Made by a program: the position numbers and the translations under genes. From the NCBI GenBank assembly GCA_032718475.1, contig JAUCBJ010006783.1, positions 7,455 through 71,454 on the forward strand: a stretch of 64,000 bases of DNA, in the 5' to 3' direction. The notes under the pieces are model-generated. The model had not been told where the DNA came from. It worked only from the letters and a program-made list of their open reading frames with translations, and did not search any database. The DNA is from Nemertoderma westbladi. Its lineage: Eukaryota; Animalia; Xenacoelomorpha. Positions 1 to 15,900 of this stretch are shown here, piece after piece (the first letter of the stretch is position 1; every line of letters starts with the position of its first letter).

Positions 1-3000
1 ATACAATAATGTTACATAAATACAATAATGTTACATAAATACAATAATGTTACATAAATACAATAATGTTACATAAATACAATAATGTTACATAAATACA
101 ATAATGTTACATAAATACAATAATGTTACATAAATACAATAATGTTACATAATAATACAATAATGTTACATAAATACAATAATGTTACATAAATACAATA
201 ATGTTACATAAATACAATAATGTTACATAAATACAATAATGTTACATAAATACAATAATGTTACATAAATACAATAATGTTACATAAATACAATAATGTT
301 ACATAAATACAATAATGTTACATAAATACAATAATGTTACATAAATACAATAATGTTACATAAATACAATAATGTTACATAAATACAATAATGTTACATA
401 AATACAATAATGTTACATAAATACAATAATGTTACATAAATACAATAATGTTACATAAATACAATAATGTTACATAAATACAATAATGTTACATAAATAC
501 AATAATGTTACATAAATACAATAATGTTACATAAATACAATAATGTTACATAAATACAATAATGTTACATAAATACAATAATGTTACATAAATACAATAA
601 TGTTACATAAATACAATAATGTTACATAAATACAATAATGTTACATAAATACAATAATGTTACATAAATACAATAATGTTACATAAATACAATAATGTTA
701 CATAAATACAATAATGTTACATAAATACAATAATGTTACATAAATACAATAATGTTACATAAATACAATAATGTTACATAAATACAATAATGTTACATAA
801 ATACAATAATGTTACATAAATACAATAATGTTACATAAATACAATAATGTTACATAAATACAATAATGTTACATAAATACAATAATGTTACATAAATACA
901 ATAATGTTACATAAATACAATAATGTTACATAAATACAATAATGTTACATAAATACAATAATGTTACATAAATACAATAATGTTACATAAATACAATAAT
1001 GTTACATAAATACAATAATGTTACATAAATACAATAATGTTACATAAATACAATAATGTTACATAAATACAATAATGTTACATAAATACAATAATGTTAC
1101 ATAAATACAATAATGTTACATAAATACAATAATGTTACATAAATACAATAATGTTACATAAATACAATAATGTTACATAAATACAATAATGTTACATAAA
1201 TACAATAATGTTACATAAATACAATAATGTTACATAAATACAATAATGTTACATAAATACAATAATGTTACATAAATACAATAATGTTACATAAATACAA
1301 TAATGTTACATAAATACAATAATGTTACATAAATACAATAATGTTACATAAATACAATAATGTTACATAAATACAATAATGTTACATAAATACAATAATG
1401 TTACATAAATAATACAATAATGTTACATAAATACAATAATGTTACATAAATACAATAATGTTACATAAATACAATAATGTTACATAAATACAATAATGTT
1501 ACATAAATACAATAATGTTACATAAATACAATAATGTTACATAAATACAATAATGTTACATAAATACAATAATGTTACATAAACACAATAATGTTACATA
1601 AATACAATAATGTTACATAAATAATACAATAATGTTACATAAATACAATAATGTTACATAAATACAATAATGTTACATAAACACAATAATGTTACATAAA
1701 TACAATAATGTTACATAAATACAATAATGTTACATAAATAAATACAATAATGTTACATAAATACAATAATGTTACATAAATACAATAATGTTACATAAAT
1801 ACAATAATGTTACATAAATACAATAATGTTACATAAATACAATAATGTTACATAAATACAATAATGTTACATAAATACAATAATGTTACATAAATACAAT
1901 AATGTTACATAAACACAATAATGTTACATAAATAAATACAATAATGTTACATAAATACAATAATGTTACATAAATACATTAATGTTACATAAATACAATA
2001 ATGTTACATAAATAAATACAATAATGTTACATAAATACAATAATGTTACATAAATACATTAATGTTACATAAACACAATAATGCTACATAAATACAATAA
2101 TGTTACATAAATAAATACAATAATGTTACATAAATACAATAATGTTACATAAATACAATAATGTTACATAAATACAATAATGTTACATAAATACAATAAT
2201 GTTACATAAACACAATGTTACATAAATACAATAATGTTACATAAATACAATAATGTTACATAAATACAATAATGTTACATAAACACAATAATGTTACATA
2301 AATACAATAATGTTACATAAATACAATAATGTTACATAAATACAATAATGCTACATAAATACAATAATGTTACATAAATAAATACAATAATGTTACATAA
2401 ATAAATACAATAATGTTACATAAATACAATAATGTTACATAAATACAATAATGTTACATAAACACAATAATGTTACATAAATACAATAATGTTACATAAA
2501 TACAATAATGTTACATAAATACAATAATGCTACATAAATACAATAATGTTACATAAATAAATACAATAATGTTACATAAATAAATACAATAATGTTACAT
2601 AAATACAATAATGTTACATAAATACAATAATGTTACATAAATAAATACAATAATGTTACATAAATAAATACAATAATGTTACATAAATACAATAATGTTA
2701 CATAAATACAATAATGTTACATAAATACATTAATGTTACATAAACACAATAATGCCACATAAATACAATAATGTTACATAAATAAATACAATAATGTTAC
2801 ATAAATAAATACAATAATGTTACATAAATACAATAATGTTACATAAACACAATAATGTTACATAAATACAATAATGTTACATAAACACAATAATGTTACA
2901 TAAATAAATACAATAATGTTACATAAACACAATAATGTTACATAAATACAATAATGTTACATAAACACAATAATGTTACATAAATACAATAATGTTACAT

Positions 3001-6000
3001 AAATAAATACAATAATGTTACATAAATAAATACAATAATGTTACATAAATAAATACAATAATGTTACATAAATACAATAATGTTACATAAATACAATAAT
3101 GTTACATAAATAAATACAATAATGTTACATAAATAAATACAATAATGTTACATAAATAAATACAATAATGTTACATAAATACAATAATGTTACATAAATA
3201 AATACAATAATGTTACATAAATAAATACAATAATGTTACATAAATACAATAATGTTACATAAATAAATACAATAATGTTACATAAATACAATAATGTTAC
3301 ATAAATACAATAATGTTACATAAATACATTAATGTTACATAAATACAATAATGCCACATAAATACAATAATGTTACATAAATACAATAATGTTACATAAA
3401 TAAATACAATAATGTTACATAAATACAATAATGTTACATAAACACAATAATGCCACATAAATACAATAATGTTACATAAATAAATACAATAATGTTACAT
3501 AAATAAATACAATAATGTTACATAAATAAATACAATAATGTTACATAAATAAATACAATAATGTTACATAAATACAATAATGTTACATAAATAAATACAA
3601 TAATGTTACATAAATAAATACAATAATGTTACATAAATAAATACAATAATGTTACATAAATACAATAATGTTACATAAATACAATAATGTTACATAAATA
3701 CATTAATGTTACATAAACACAATAATGCCACATAAATACAATAATGTTACATAAATACAATAATGTTACATAAATACAATAATGTTACATAAATACAATA
3801 ATGTTACATAAATACAATAATGTTACATAAATACAATAATGTTACATAAATACATTAATGTTACATAAACACAATAATGCCACATAAATACAATAATGTT
3901 ACATAAATAAATACAATAATGTTACATAAATAAATACAATAATGTTACATAAATAAATACAATAATGTTACATAAATAAATACAATAATGTTACATAAAT
4001 ACAATAATGTTACATAAATACAATAATGTTACAGAAACACAATAATGTTACATAAATACAATAATGTTACATAAATACAATAATGTTACATAAATACAAT
4101 AATGTTACATAAACACAATTATGTTACATAAACACAATGTTACATAAATACAATAATGTTACATAAATACAATAATGTTACATAAATACAATAATGTTAC
4201 ATAAATACAATAATGCCACATAAATACAATAATGTTACATAAACACAATAATGTTACATAAACACAATAATGTTACATAAATACAATAATGTTACATAAA
4301 TACAATAATGTTACATAAACACAATTATGTTACATAAATACAATAATGTTACATAAACACAATAATGTTACATAAATACAATAATGTTACATAAACACAA
4401 TAATGTTAAAGAAACACAATAATGTTACATAAATACAATAATGTTACATAAATACAATAATGTTACATAAATACAATAATGTTACATAAACACAATAATG
4501 TTAAAGAAACACAATAATGTTACATAAATACAATAATGTTACATAAATACAATAATGTTACATAAATACAATAATGTTACATAAACACAATAATGTTAAA
4601 GAAACACAATAATGTTACATAAATACAATAATGTTACATAAATACAATAATGTTACATAAATACAATAATGTTACATAAACACAATAATGTTACATAAAT
4701 ACAATAATGTTACATAAATACAATAATGTTACATAAATGCAATAATGTTACATAAATACAATAATGTTACATAAACACAATAATGTTACATAAATACAAT
4801 AATGTTACATAAACACAATAATGTTAAAGAAACACAATAATGTTACATAAATACAATAATGTTACATAAATACAATAATGTTACATAAACACAATAATGT
4901 TACATAAACACAATAATGTTACATAAACACAATGTTACATAAATACAATAATGTTACATAAATACAATAATGTTACATAAACTAAACACAATAATGTTAC
5001 ATAAATACAATAATGTTACATAAATACAATAATGTTACATAAATACAATAATGTTACATAAATACAATAATGTTACATAAATACAATAATGTTACATAAA
5101 TACAATAATGTTACATAAATACAATAATGTTACATAAATACAATAATGTTACATAAATACAATAATGTTACATAAATACAATAATGTTACATAAATACAA
5201 TAATGTTACATAAATACAATAATGTTACATAAATACAATAATGTTACATAAATACATTAATGTTACATAAACACAATAATGCCACATAAATACAATAATG
5301 TTACATAAATACAATAATGTTACATAAATACAATAATGTTACATAAATACAATAATGTTACATAAATACAATAATGTTACATAAATACATTAATGTTACA
5401 TAAACACAATAATGCCACATAAATACAATAATGTTACATAAATACAATAATGTTACATAAACACAATAATGTTACATAAATACAATAATGTTACATAAAT
5501 ACAATAATGTTACATAAACACAATGTTACATAAATACAATAATGTTACATAAATACATTAATGTTACATAAACACAATAATGTTACATAAATACAATAAT
5601 GTTACATAAATACAATAATGTTACATAAATGCAATAATGTTACATAAATACAATAATGTTACATAAACACAATAATGTTACATAAATACAATAATGTTAC
5701 ATAAATACAATAATGTTACATAAATACAATAATGTTACATAAATACAATAATGTTACATAAATACAATAATGTTACATAAATACATTAATGTTACATAAA
5801 CACAATAATGCCACATAAATACAATAATGTTACATAAATACAATAATGTTACATAAACACAATAATGTTACATAAATACAATAATGTTACATAAATACAA
5901 TAATGTTACATAAACACAATGTTACATAAATACAATAATGTTACATAAATACATTAATGTTACATAAATACAATAATGTTACATAAACACAATAATGTTA

Positions 6001-9000
6001 CATAAATACATTAATGTTACATAAATACATTAATGTTACATAAATACAATAATGTTACATAAACACAATAATGTTACATAAATACATTAATGTTACATAA
6101 ACACAATAATGTTACATAAATACAATAATGTTACATAAACACAATAATGTTACATAAATACAATAATGTTACATAAATACAATAATGTTACATAAACACA
6201 ATGTTACATAAATACAATAATGTTACATAAATACATTAATGTTACATAAATACAATAATGTTACATAAACACAATAATGTTACATAAATACATTAATGTT
6301 ACATAAACACAATAATGTTACATAAATACAATAATGTTACATAAATACAATAATGTTACATAAATGCAATAATGTTACATAAATACAATAATGTTACATA
6401 AACACAATAATGTTACATAAATACAATAATGTTACATAAATACAATAATGTTACATAAATACAATAATGTTACATAAATACAATAATGTTACATAAATAC
6501 AATAATGTTACATAAATACAATAATGTTACATAAATACAATAATGTTACATAAACACAATGTTACATAAATACAATAATGTTACATAAATACATTAATGT
6601 TACATAAATACAATAATGTTACATAAACACAATAATGTTACATAAATACATTAATGTTACATAAACACAATAATGTTACATAAATACAATAATGTTACAT
6701 AAATACAATAATGTTACATAAACACAATGTTACATAAATACAATAATGTTACATAAATACATTAATGTTACATAAATACAATAATGTTACATAAACACAA
6801 TAATGTTACATAAATACATTAATGTTACATAAATACATTAATGTTACATAAATACAATAATGTTACATAAACACAATAATGTTACATAAATACATTAATG
6901 TTACATAAACACAATAATGTTACATAAATACAATAATGTTACATAAACACAATAATGTTACATAAATACAATAATGTTACATAAATACAATAATGTTACA
7001 TAAACACAATGTTACATAAATACAATAATGTTACATAAATACATTAATGTTACATAAATACAATAATGTTACATAAACACAATAATGTTACATAAATACA
7101 TTAATGTTACATAAACACAATAATGTTACATAAATACAATAATGTTACATAAATACAATAATGTTACATAAATTCAATAATGTTACATAAATACAATAAT
7201 GTTACATAAACACAATAATGTTACATAAATACAATAATGTTACATAAATACAATAATGTTACATAAATACAATAATGTTACATAAATACAATAATGTTAC
7301 ATAAATACAATAATGTTACATAAATACATTAATGTTACATAAACACAATAATGCCACATAAATACAATAATGTTACATAAATACAATAATGTTACATAAA
7401 CACAATAATGTTACATAAATACAATAATGTTACATAAATACAATAATGTTACATAAACACAATGTTACATAAATACAATAATGTTACATAAATACATTAA
7501 TGTTACATAAATACAATAATGTTACATAAACACAATAATGTTACATAAACACAATGTTACATAAATACAATTATGTTACATAAACACAATAATGTTACAT
7601 AAATACAATAATGTTACATAAATACAATAATGTTACATAAATGCAATAATGTTACATAAATACAATAATGTTACATAAACACAATAATGTTACATAAATA
7701 CAATAATGTTACATAAACACAATAATGTTAAAGAAACACAATAATGTTACATAAATACAATAATGTTACATAAATACAATAATGTTACATAAACACAATA
7801 ATGTTACATAAACACAATAATGTTACATAAACACAATGTTACATAAATACAATAATGTTACATAAATACAATAATGTTACATAAACTAAACACAATAATG
7901 TTACATAAATACAATAATGTTACATAAATACAATAATGTTACATAAATACAATAATGTTACATAAATACAATAATGTTACATAAATACAATAATGTTACA
8001 TAAATACAATAATGTTACATAAATACATTAATGTTACATAAACACAATAATGCCACATAAATACAATAATGTTACATAAATACAATAATGTTACATAAAT
8101 ACAATAATGTTACATAAATACAATAATGTTACATAAATACAATAATGTTACATAAATACATTAATGTTACATAAACACAATAATGCCACATAAATACAAT
8201 AATGTTACATAAATACAATAATGTTACATAAATACAATAATGTTACATAAACACAATGTTACATAAATACAATAATGTTACATAAATACATTAATGTTAC
8301 ATAAACACAATAATGTTACATAAATACAATAATGTTACATAAATACAATAATGTTACATAAATGCAATAATGTTACATAAATACAATAATGTTACATAAA
8401 CACAATAATGTTACATAAATACAATAATGTTACATAAACACAATAATGTTAAAGAAACACAATAATGTTACATAAATACAATAATGTTACATAAATACAA
8501 TAATGTTACATAAACACAATAATGTTACATAAACACAATAATGTTACATAAACACAATGTTACATAAATACAATAATGTTACATAAATACAATAATGTTA
8601 CATAAACTAAACACAATAATGTTACATAAATACAATAATGTTACATAAATACAATAATGTTACATAAATACAATAATGTTACATAAATACAATAATGTTA
8701 CATAAATACAATAATGTTACATAAATACAATAATGTTACATAAATACAATAATGTTACATAAATACAATAATGTTACATAAATACAATAATGTTACATAA
8801 ATACAATAATGTTACATAAATACAATAATGTTACATAAATACAATAATGTTACATAAATACAATAATGTTACATAAATACATTAATGTTACATAAACACA
8901 ATAATGCCACATAAATACAATAATGTTACATAAATACAATAATGTTACATAAATACAATAATGTTACATAAATACAATAATGTTACATAAATACAATAAT

Positions 9001-12000
9001 GTTACATAAATACATTAATGTTACATAAACACAATAATGCCACATAAATACAATAATGTTACATAAATACAATAATGTTACATAAATACAATAATGTTAC
9101 ATAAACACAATGTTACATAAATACAATAATGCCACATAAATACAATAATGTTACATAAATACAATAATGTTACAGAAACACAATAATGTTACATAAATAC
9201 AATAATGTTACATAAATACAATAATGTTACATAAATACAATAATGTTACATAAACACAATTATGTTACATAAATACAATAATGTTACATAAACACAATTA
9301 TGTTACATAAATACAATAATGTTACATAAACACAATAATGTTACATAAACACAATTATGTTACATAAATACAATAATGTTACATAAACACAATAATGTTA
9401 CATAAACACAATAATGTTACATAAATACAATAATGTTACATAAATACAATAATGTTACATAAATACAATAATGTTACATAAACACAATTATGTTACATAA
9501 ATACAATAATGTTACATAAACACAATAATGTTACATAAACACAATAATGTTACATAAATACAATAATGTTACATAAATACAATAATGTTACATAAATACA
9601 ATAATGTTACATAAACACAATAATGTTACATAAATACAATAATGTTACATAAACACAATTATGTTACATAAATACAATAATGTTACATAAACACAATAAT
9701 GTTACATAAACACAATAATGTTACATAAATACAATAATGTTACATAAATACAATAATGTTACATAAATACAATAATGTTACATAAACACAATTATGTTAC
9801 ATAAATACAATAATGTTACATAAACACAATAATGTTACATAAACACAATAATGTTACATAAACACAATTATGTTACATAAATACAATAATGTTACATAAA
9901 CACAATAATGTTACATAAATACAATAATGTTACATAAATACAATAATGTTACATAAATACAATAATGTTACATAAACACAATTATGTTACATAAATACAA
10001 TAATGTTACATAAACACAATAATGTTACATAAACACAATAATGTTACATAAATACAATAATGTTACATAAATACAATAATGTTACATAAATACAATAATG
10101 TTACATAAACACAATAATGTTACATAAATACAATAATGTTACATAAATACAATAATGTTACATAAATACAATAATGTTACATAAACACAATAATGTTACA
10201 TAAACACAATAATGTTACATAAATACAATAATGTTACATAAATACAATAATGTTACATAAATACAATAATGTTACATAAACACAATAATGTTACATAAAT
10301 ACAATAATGTTACATAAATACAATAATGTTACATAAATACAATAATGTTACATAAACTAAACACAATAATGTTACATAAATACAATAATGTTACATAAAT
10401 ACAATAATGTTACATAAACACAATAATGTTACATAAACACAATAATGTTACATAAATACAATAATGTTACATAAATACAATAATGTTACATAAATACAAT
10501 AATGTTACATAAACACAATAATGTTACATAAATACAATAATGTTACATAAATACAATAATGTTACATAAATACAATAATGTTACATAAACTAAACACAAT
10601 AATGTTACATAAATACAATAATGTTACATAAATACAATAATGTTACATAAATACAATAATGTTACATAAATACAATAATGTTACATAAATACAATAATGT
10701 TACATAAATACAATAATGTTACATAAATACATTAATGTTACATAAACACAATAATGCCACATAAATACAATAATGTTACATAAATACAATAATGTTACAT
10801 AAATACAATAATGTTACATAAATACAATAATGTTACATAAATACAATAATGTTACATAAATACAATAATGTTACATAAATACAATAATGTTACATAAATA
10901 CAATAATGTTACATAAATACATTAATGTTACATAAACACAATAATGCCACATAAATACAATAATGTTACATAAATACAATAATGTTACATAAATACAATA
11001 ATGTTACATAAATACAATAATGTTACATAAATACATTAATGTTACATAAACACAATAATGCCACATAAATACAATAATGTTACATAAATACAATAATGTT
11101 ACATAAATACAATAATGTTACATAAATACAATAATGTTACATAAACACAATAATGCCACATAAATACAATAATGTTACATAAATACAATAATGTTACATA
11201 AATACAATAATGTTACATAAATACAATAATGTTACATAAATACAATAATGTTACATAAATACAATAATGTTACATAAATACAATAATGTTACATAAATAC
11301 ATTAATGTTACATAAACACAATAATGCCACATAAATACAATAATGTTACATAAATAAATACAATAATGTTACATAAATACAATAATGTTACATAAATACA
11401 ATAATGTTACAGAAACACAATAATGTTACATAAATACAATAATGTTACATAAATACAATAATGTTACATAAATACAATAATGTTACATAAACACAATTAT
11501 GTTACATAAACACAATGTTACATAAATACAATAATGTTACATAAATACAATAATGTTACATAAATACAATAATGTTACATAAATACAATAATGCCACATA
11601 AATACAATAATGTTACATAAACACAATGTTACATAAACACAATGTTACATAAACACAATGTTACATAAATACAATAATGTTACATAAATACAATTATGTT
11701 ACATAAACACAATGTTACATAAATACAATAATGTTACATAAACACAATAATGTTACATAAACACAATAATGTTACATAAACACAATAATGTTACATAAAT
11801 ACAATAATGTTACATAAATACAATAATGTTACATAAACACAATAATGTTACATAAATACAATAATGTTACATAAACACAATAATGTTAAAGAAACACAAT
11901 AATGTTACATAAATACAATAATGTTACATAAATACAATAATGTTACATAAATACAATAATGTTACATAAACACAATAATGTTAAAGAAACACAATAATGT

Positions 12001-12604
12001 TACATAAATACAATAATGTTACATAAATACAATAATGTTACATAAATACAATAATGTTACATAAACACAATAATGTTAAAGAAACACAATAATGTTACAT
12101 AAATACAATAATGTTACATAAATACAATAATGTTACATAAATACAATAATGTTACATAAACACAATAATGTTACATAAATACAATAATGTTACATAAATA
12201 CAATAATGTTACATAAATGCAATAATGTTACATAAATACAATAATGTTACATAAACACAATAATGTTACATAAATACAATAATGTTACATAAACACAATA
12301 ATGTTAAAGAAACACAATAATGTTACATAAATACAATAATGTTACATAAATACAATAATGTTACATAAACACAATAATGTTACATAAACACAATAATGTT
12401 ACATAAACACAATGTTACATAAATACAATAATGTTACATAAATACAATAATGTTACATAAATACAATAATGTTACATAAACATAATAGTGTTACATAAAT
12501 ACAATAATGTTACATAAATACAATAAATAATGCCACATAAATACAATAATGTTACATAAATACAATAATGTTACATAAATACAATAATGTTACATAAATA
12601 CAAT
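1..12604. repeat. AT-rich 19-bp tandem satellite (ATACAATAATGTTACATAA)n, roughly 650 copies, runs off the left edge
   Basis: 19-bp period read directly. Variants include +AAAT (23 bp), -AAT (16 bp), T>C (AAACAC), CATTAAT, GCCAC and AAAGAAAC. The array ends at ~12604, about 110 bp before a splice acceptor. Confidence 0.99.
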
Positions 12605-12716
12605 GGCGTTTACGTTTACTTAAAATGGTCAAAAACTGCCTGATCAAAAAATAGTTTAAATAGTTTCATATCGAGCAGATGAAATAAATACAATTTAGAA
12701 CACAATTGGTTTACAG

Positions 12717-12865
12717 GGAACACGATGAAATCAAAGAACATGCTGACCAGGTGGATAAGACCCCGTTGTTAATGGCGACCGCTTCCATGTGGACCAGACC
12801 ACAGCTCGGCGAGTTTAAAACAATGGTTAAATCCGACACAGAGAGTGTGCTTCGCATTGGTAGAG
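12717..12865 (+). CDS. ACBD3: ACBD3/GCP60 (Golgi resident protein) penultimate coding exon, start of the GOLD domain
   Basis: Acceptor TTTACAG|G at 12716/12717 and donor G|GTCAGT at 12865/12866. Translation EHDEIKEHADQVDKTPLLMATASMWTRPQLGEFKTMVKSDTESVLRIGRG matches the recalled ACBD3 segment [28 protein letters not shown]. It joins the 37430 exon in phase (G|GG = Gly). Confidence 0.9.
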
Positions 12866-12971
12866 GTCAGTCAGTATACTCGTATATGAGTTGATAATAT
12901 TGTATGTAGTTGCTGAGTTTTAGCTCAAATTGATAAAGTTAAGTTACCGATGATCGTGATAGTTGAACATG

Positions 12972-15900
12972 AAGGCTCACTATAGAGTAGTCTGGTTGGG
13001 TGGAGGGTGGGCTCACTGTAGAGTAGTCTGGTTGGTTGGAGGGTGGGCTCACTATAGAGTATGTCTGGTTGGGTGGAGGGTGGACTCACTAGAGTAGTCT
13101 GGTTGGGTGGGCTCACTATAGAGTAGTCTGGTTAGGTGGGCTCACTAGAGTAGTCTGGTTGTGTGGGCTCACTAGAGTAGTCTGGTTGGGTGGGCTCACT
13201 AGAGTAGTCTGGTTGGGTGGGCTCTCTAGAGTAGTCTGGTTAGGTGGGCTCACTAGAGTAGTCTGGTTGGGTGGGTCCACTAGAGTAGTCTGGTTGGGTG
13301 GGCTCACTAGAGTAGTCTGGTTGGGTGGGCTCATTAGAGTAGTCTGGTTGGGTGGGTCCACTAGAGTAGTCTGGTTGGGTGGGCTCACTAGAGTAGTCTG
13401 GTTGGGTGGGTCCACTAGAGTAGTCTGGTTGGGTGGGCTCACTAGAGTAGTCTGGTTGGGTGGGCTCACTAGAGTAGTCTGGTTGGTTGGGCTCACTAGA
13501 GTATTCTGGTTGTGTGGGCTCACTAAGAGTAGTCTGGTTGGGTGCGCTCACTAAAGTAGTCGGGTTGGGTGGGCTCACTAGAGTAGTCTGGTTGGGTGGG
13601 CTCACTAGAGTAGTCTGGTTGGGTGGGCTCACTAGTGTAGTCTGGTTGGGTGGGTCCACTAGAGTAGTCTGGTTGGGTGGGCTCACTAGAGTAGTCTGTT
13701 TGGGTGGGCTCACTAGAGTAGTCTGGTTGGGTGGGTCCACTAGAGTAGTCTGGTTGGTTGGGCTCACTAGAGTACTCTGGTTGGGTGGGCTCACTAGAGT
13801 AGTCTGGTTGGGTGGGCTCATTAGAGTAGTCTGGTTGGGTGGACTCACTAGAGTAGTCTGGTTTGGTGAGCTCACAGAGTAGTCTGGTTGGGTGGGCTGA
13901 CTACAGAGTAGTCTGGTTGGGTGGGCTCACTAGAGCAATCTGGTTGGGTGGGCTCACTACAGTAGTCTGGTTGGGTGGGCTCACTAGAGTAGTCTGGTTG
14001 GTTGGGTGGGTTTACTAGAGTAGTCTGGTTGGGTGGGCTCACTAGAGTAGTCTGGTTGGGTGGGCTCACTATAGAGTAATCGGTAGGGTGGGCTCACTAG
14101 AGTAGTCTGTTGGGTGGGCTCACTAGAGTAGTCTGGTTGTGTGTGCTCACTAGAGTAGTCTGGTTGGGTGGGCTCACTAGAGTAGTCTGGTTGGGTGGGC
14201 TCACTAGAGTAGTCTGGTTGGTTGGGCTCACTAGAGTATTCTGGTTGTGTGGGCTCACTAAGAGTAGACTGGTTGGGTGCGCTCACTAAAGTAGTCGGGT
14301 TGGGTGGGCTCACTAGAGTAGTCTGGTTGGGTGGGCTCACTAGAGTAGTCTGGTTGGGTGGGCTCACTAGAGTAGTCTGGTTGGGTGGGTCCACTAGAGT
14401 AGTCTGGTTGGGTGGGCTTACTAGAGTAGTCTGTTTGGGTGGGCTCACTAGAGTAGTCTGGTTGGGTGGGTCCACTAGAGTAGTCTGGTTGGTTGGGCTC
14501 ACTAGAGTAGTCTGGTTGGGTGGGCTCACTAGAGTAGTCTGGTTGGGTGGGCTCATTAGAGTAGTCTGGTTGGGTGGACTCACTAGAGTAGTCTGGTTTG
14601 GTGAGCTCACAGAGTAGTCTGGTTGGGTGGGCTGACTACAGAGTAGTCTGGTTGGGTGGGCTCACTAGAGCAATCTGGTTGGGTGGGCTCACTACAGTAG
14701 TCTGGTTGGGTGGGCTCACTAGAGTAGTCTGGTTGGTTGGGTGGGTTTACTAGAGTAGTCTGGTTGGGTGGGCTCACTAGAGTAGTCTGGTTGGGTGGGC
14801 TCACTATAGAGTAATCGGTTGGGTGGGCTCACTAGAGTAGTCTGTTGGGTGGGCTCACTAGAGTAGTCTGGTTGTGTGTGCTCACTAGAGTAGTCTGGTT
14901 GGGTGGGCTCACTAGAGTAGTCTGGTTGGGTGGGCTCACTAGAGTAGTCGGCTGGGTGGGCTCACTAGAGTAGTCTGGTTGTGTGGGCTCACTAGAGTAG
15001 TCTAGTTGGGTGGGCTCACTAGAGTAGTCTGGTTGGGTGGGCTCACTAGATTAGTCTGGTTGGGTGGGCTCACTAGATTAGTTTGGTTGGGTGGGCTCAC
15101 TAGAGTAGTCTGGTTGGGTGGGCTCACAGAGTAGTCTGGTTGGGTGGGCTCACTACAGAGTAGTCTGGTTGGGTGGGCTCACTAGAGCAATCTGGTTGGG
15201 TGGGCTCACTAGAATAGTCTGGTTGCGTGGGCTCACTAGAGTAGTCTGGTTAGGTGGGCTCACTAGAGTAGTCTGGTTGTGTGGGCTCACTAGAGTAGTC
15301 TGGTTGGGTGGGCTCACTAGAGTAGTCTGGTTGGGTGGGCTCAGTAGAGTAGTCTGGTTGGGTGGGCTCACTAGAGTAGTCTGGTTGGGTGGGCTCACTA
15401 GAGTAGTCTGGTTGGGTGGGTCCACTAGAGTAGTCTGGTTGGGTGGGCTCACTAGAGTAGTCTGGTTGGGTGGGCTCACTAGAGTAGTCTGGTTGGGTGG
15501 GTCCACTAGAGTAGTCTGGTTGGGTGGGCTCACTAGAGTAGTCTGTTTGGGTGGGTCCACTAGAGTAGTCTGGTTTGGTGGGTGGGTTCACTAGAGTAGT
15601 CTGGTTGGGTGGGCTCACTAGAGTAGTCTGGTTGGGTGGGCTCACTAGAGTAGTCTGGTTAGGTGGGCTCACTAGAGTAGTATGGTTGGGTGGGTCCACT
15701 AGAGTAGTCTGGTTGGGTGGGCTCACTAGAGTAGTCTGGTTGGGTGGGCTCACTAGAGTAGTCTGGTTGTGTGGGTCCACTAGAGTAGTCTGGTTGGGTG
15801 GGCTCACTAGAGTAGTCTGGTTGGGTGAGTCCACTAGAGTAGTCTGGTTGGGGGGGGCTCACTAGAGTAGTCTGGTTGGGTGGGCTCACTAGAGTAGTCT

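Noticed and set aside
1-12604. Possible telomeric array (pure distally, variant proximally)
   Set aside because: The unit is not G-rich or telomerase-like, and upstream ACBD3 exons must lie beyond it. An intronic satellite is simpler.
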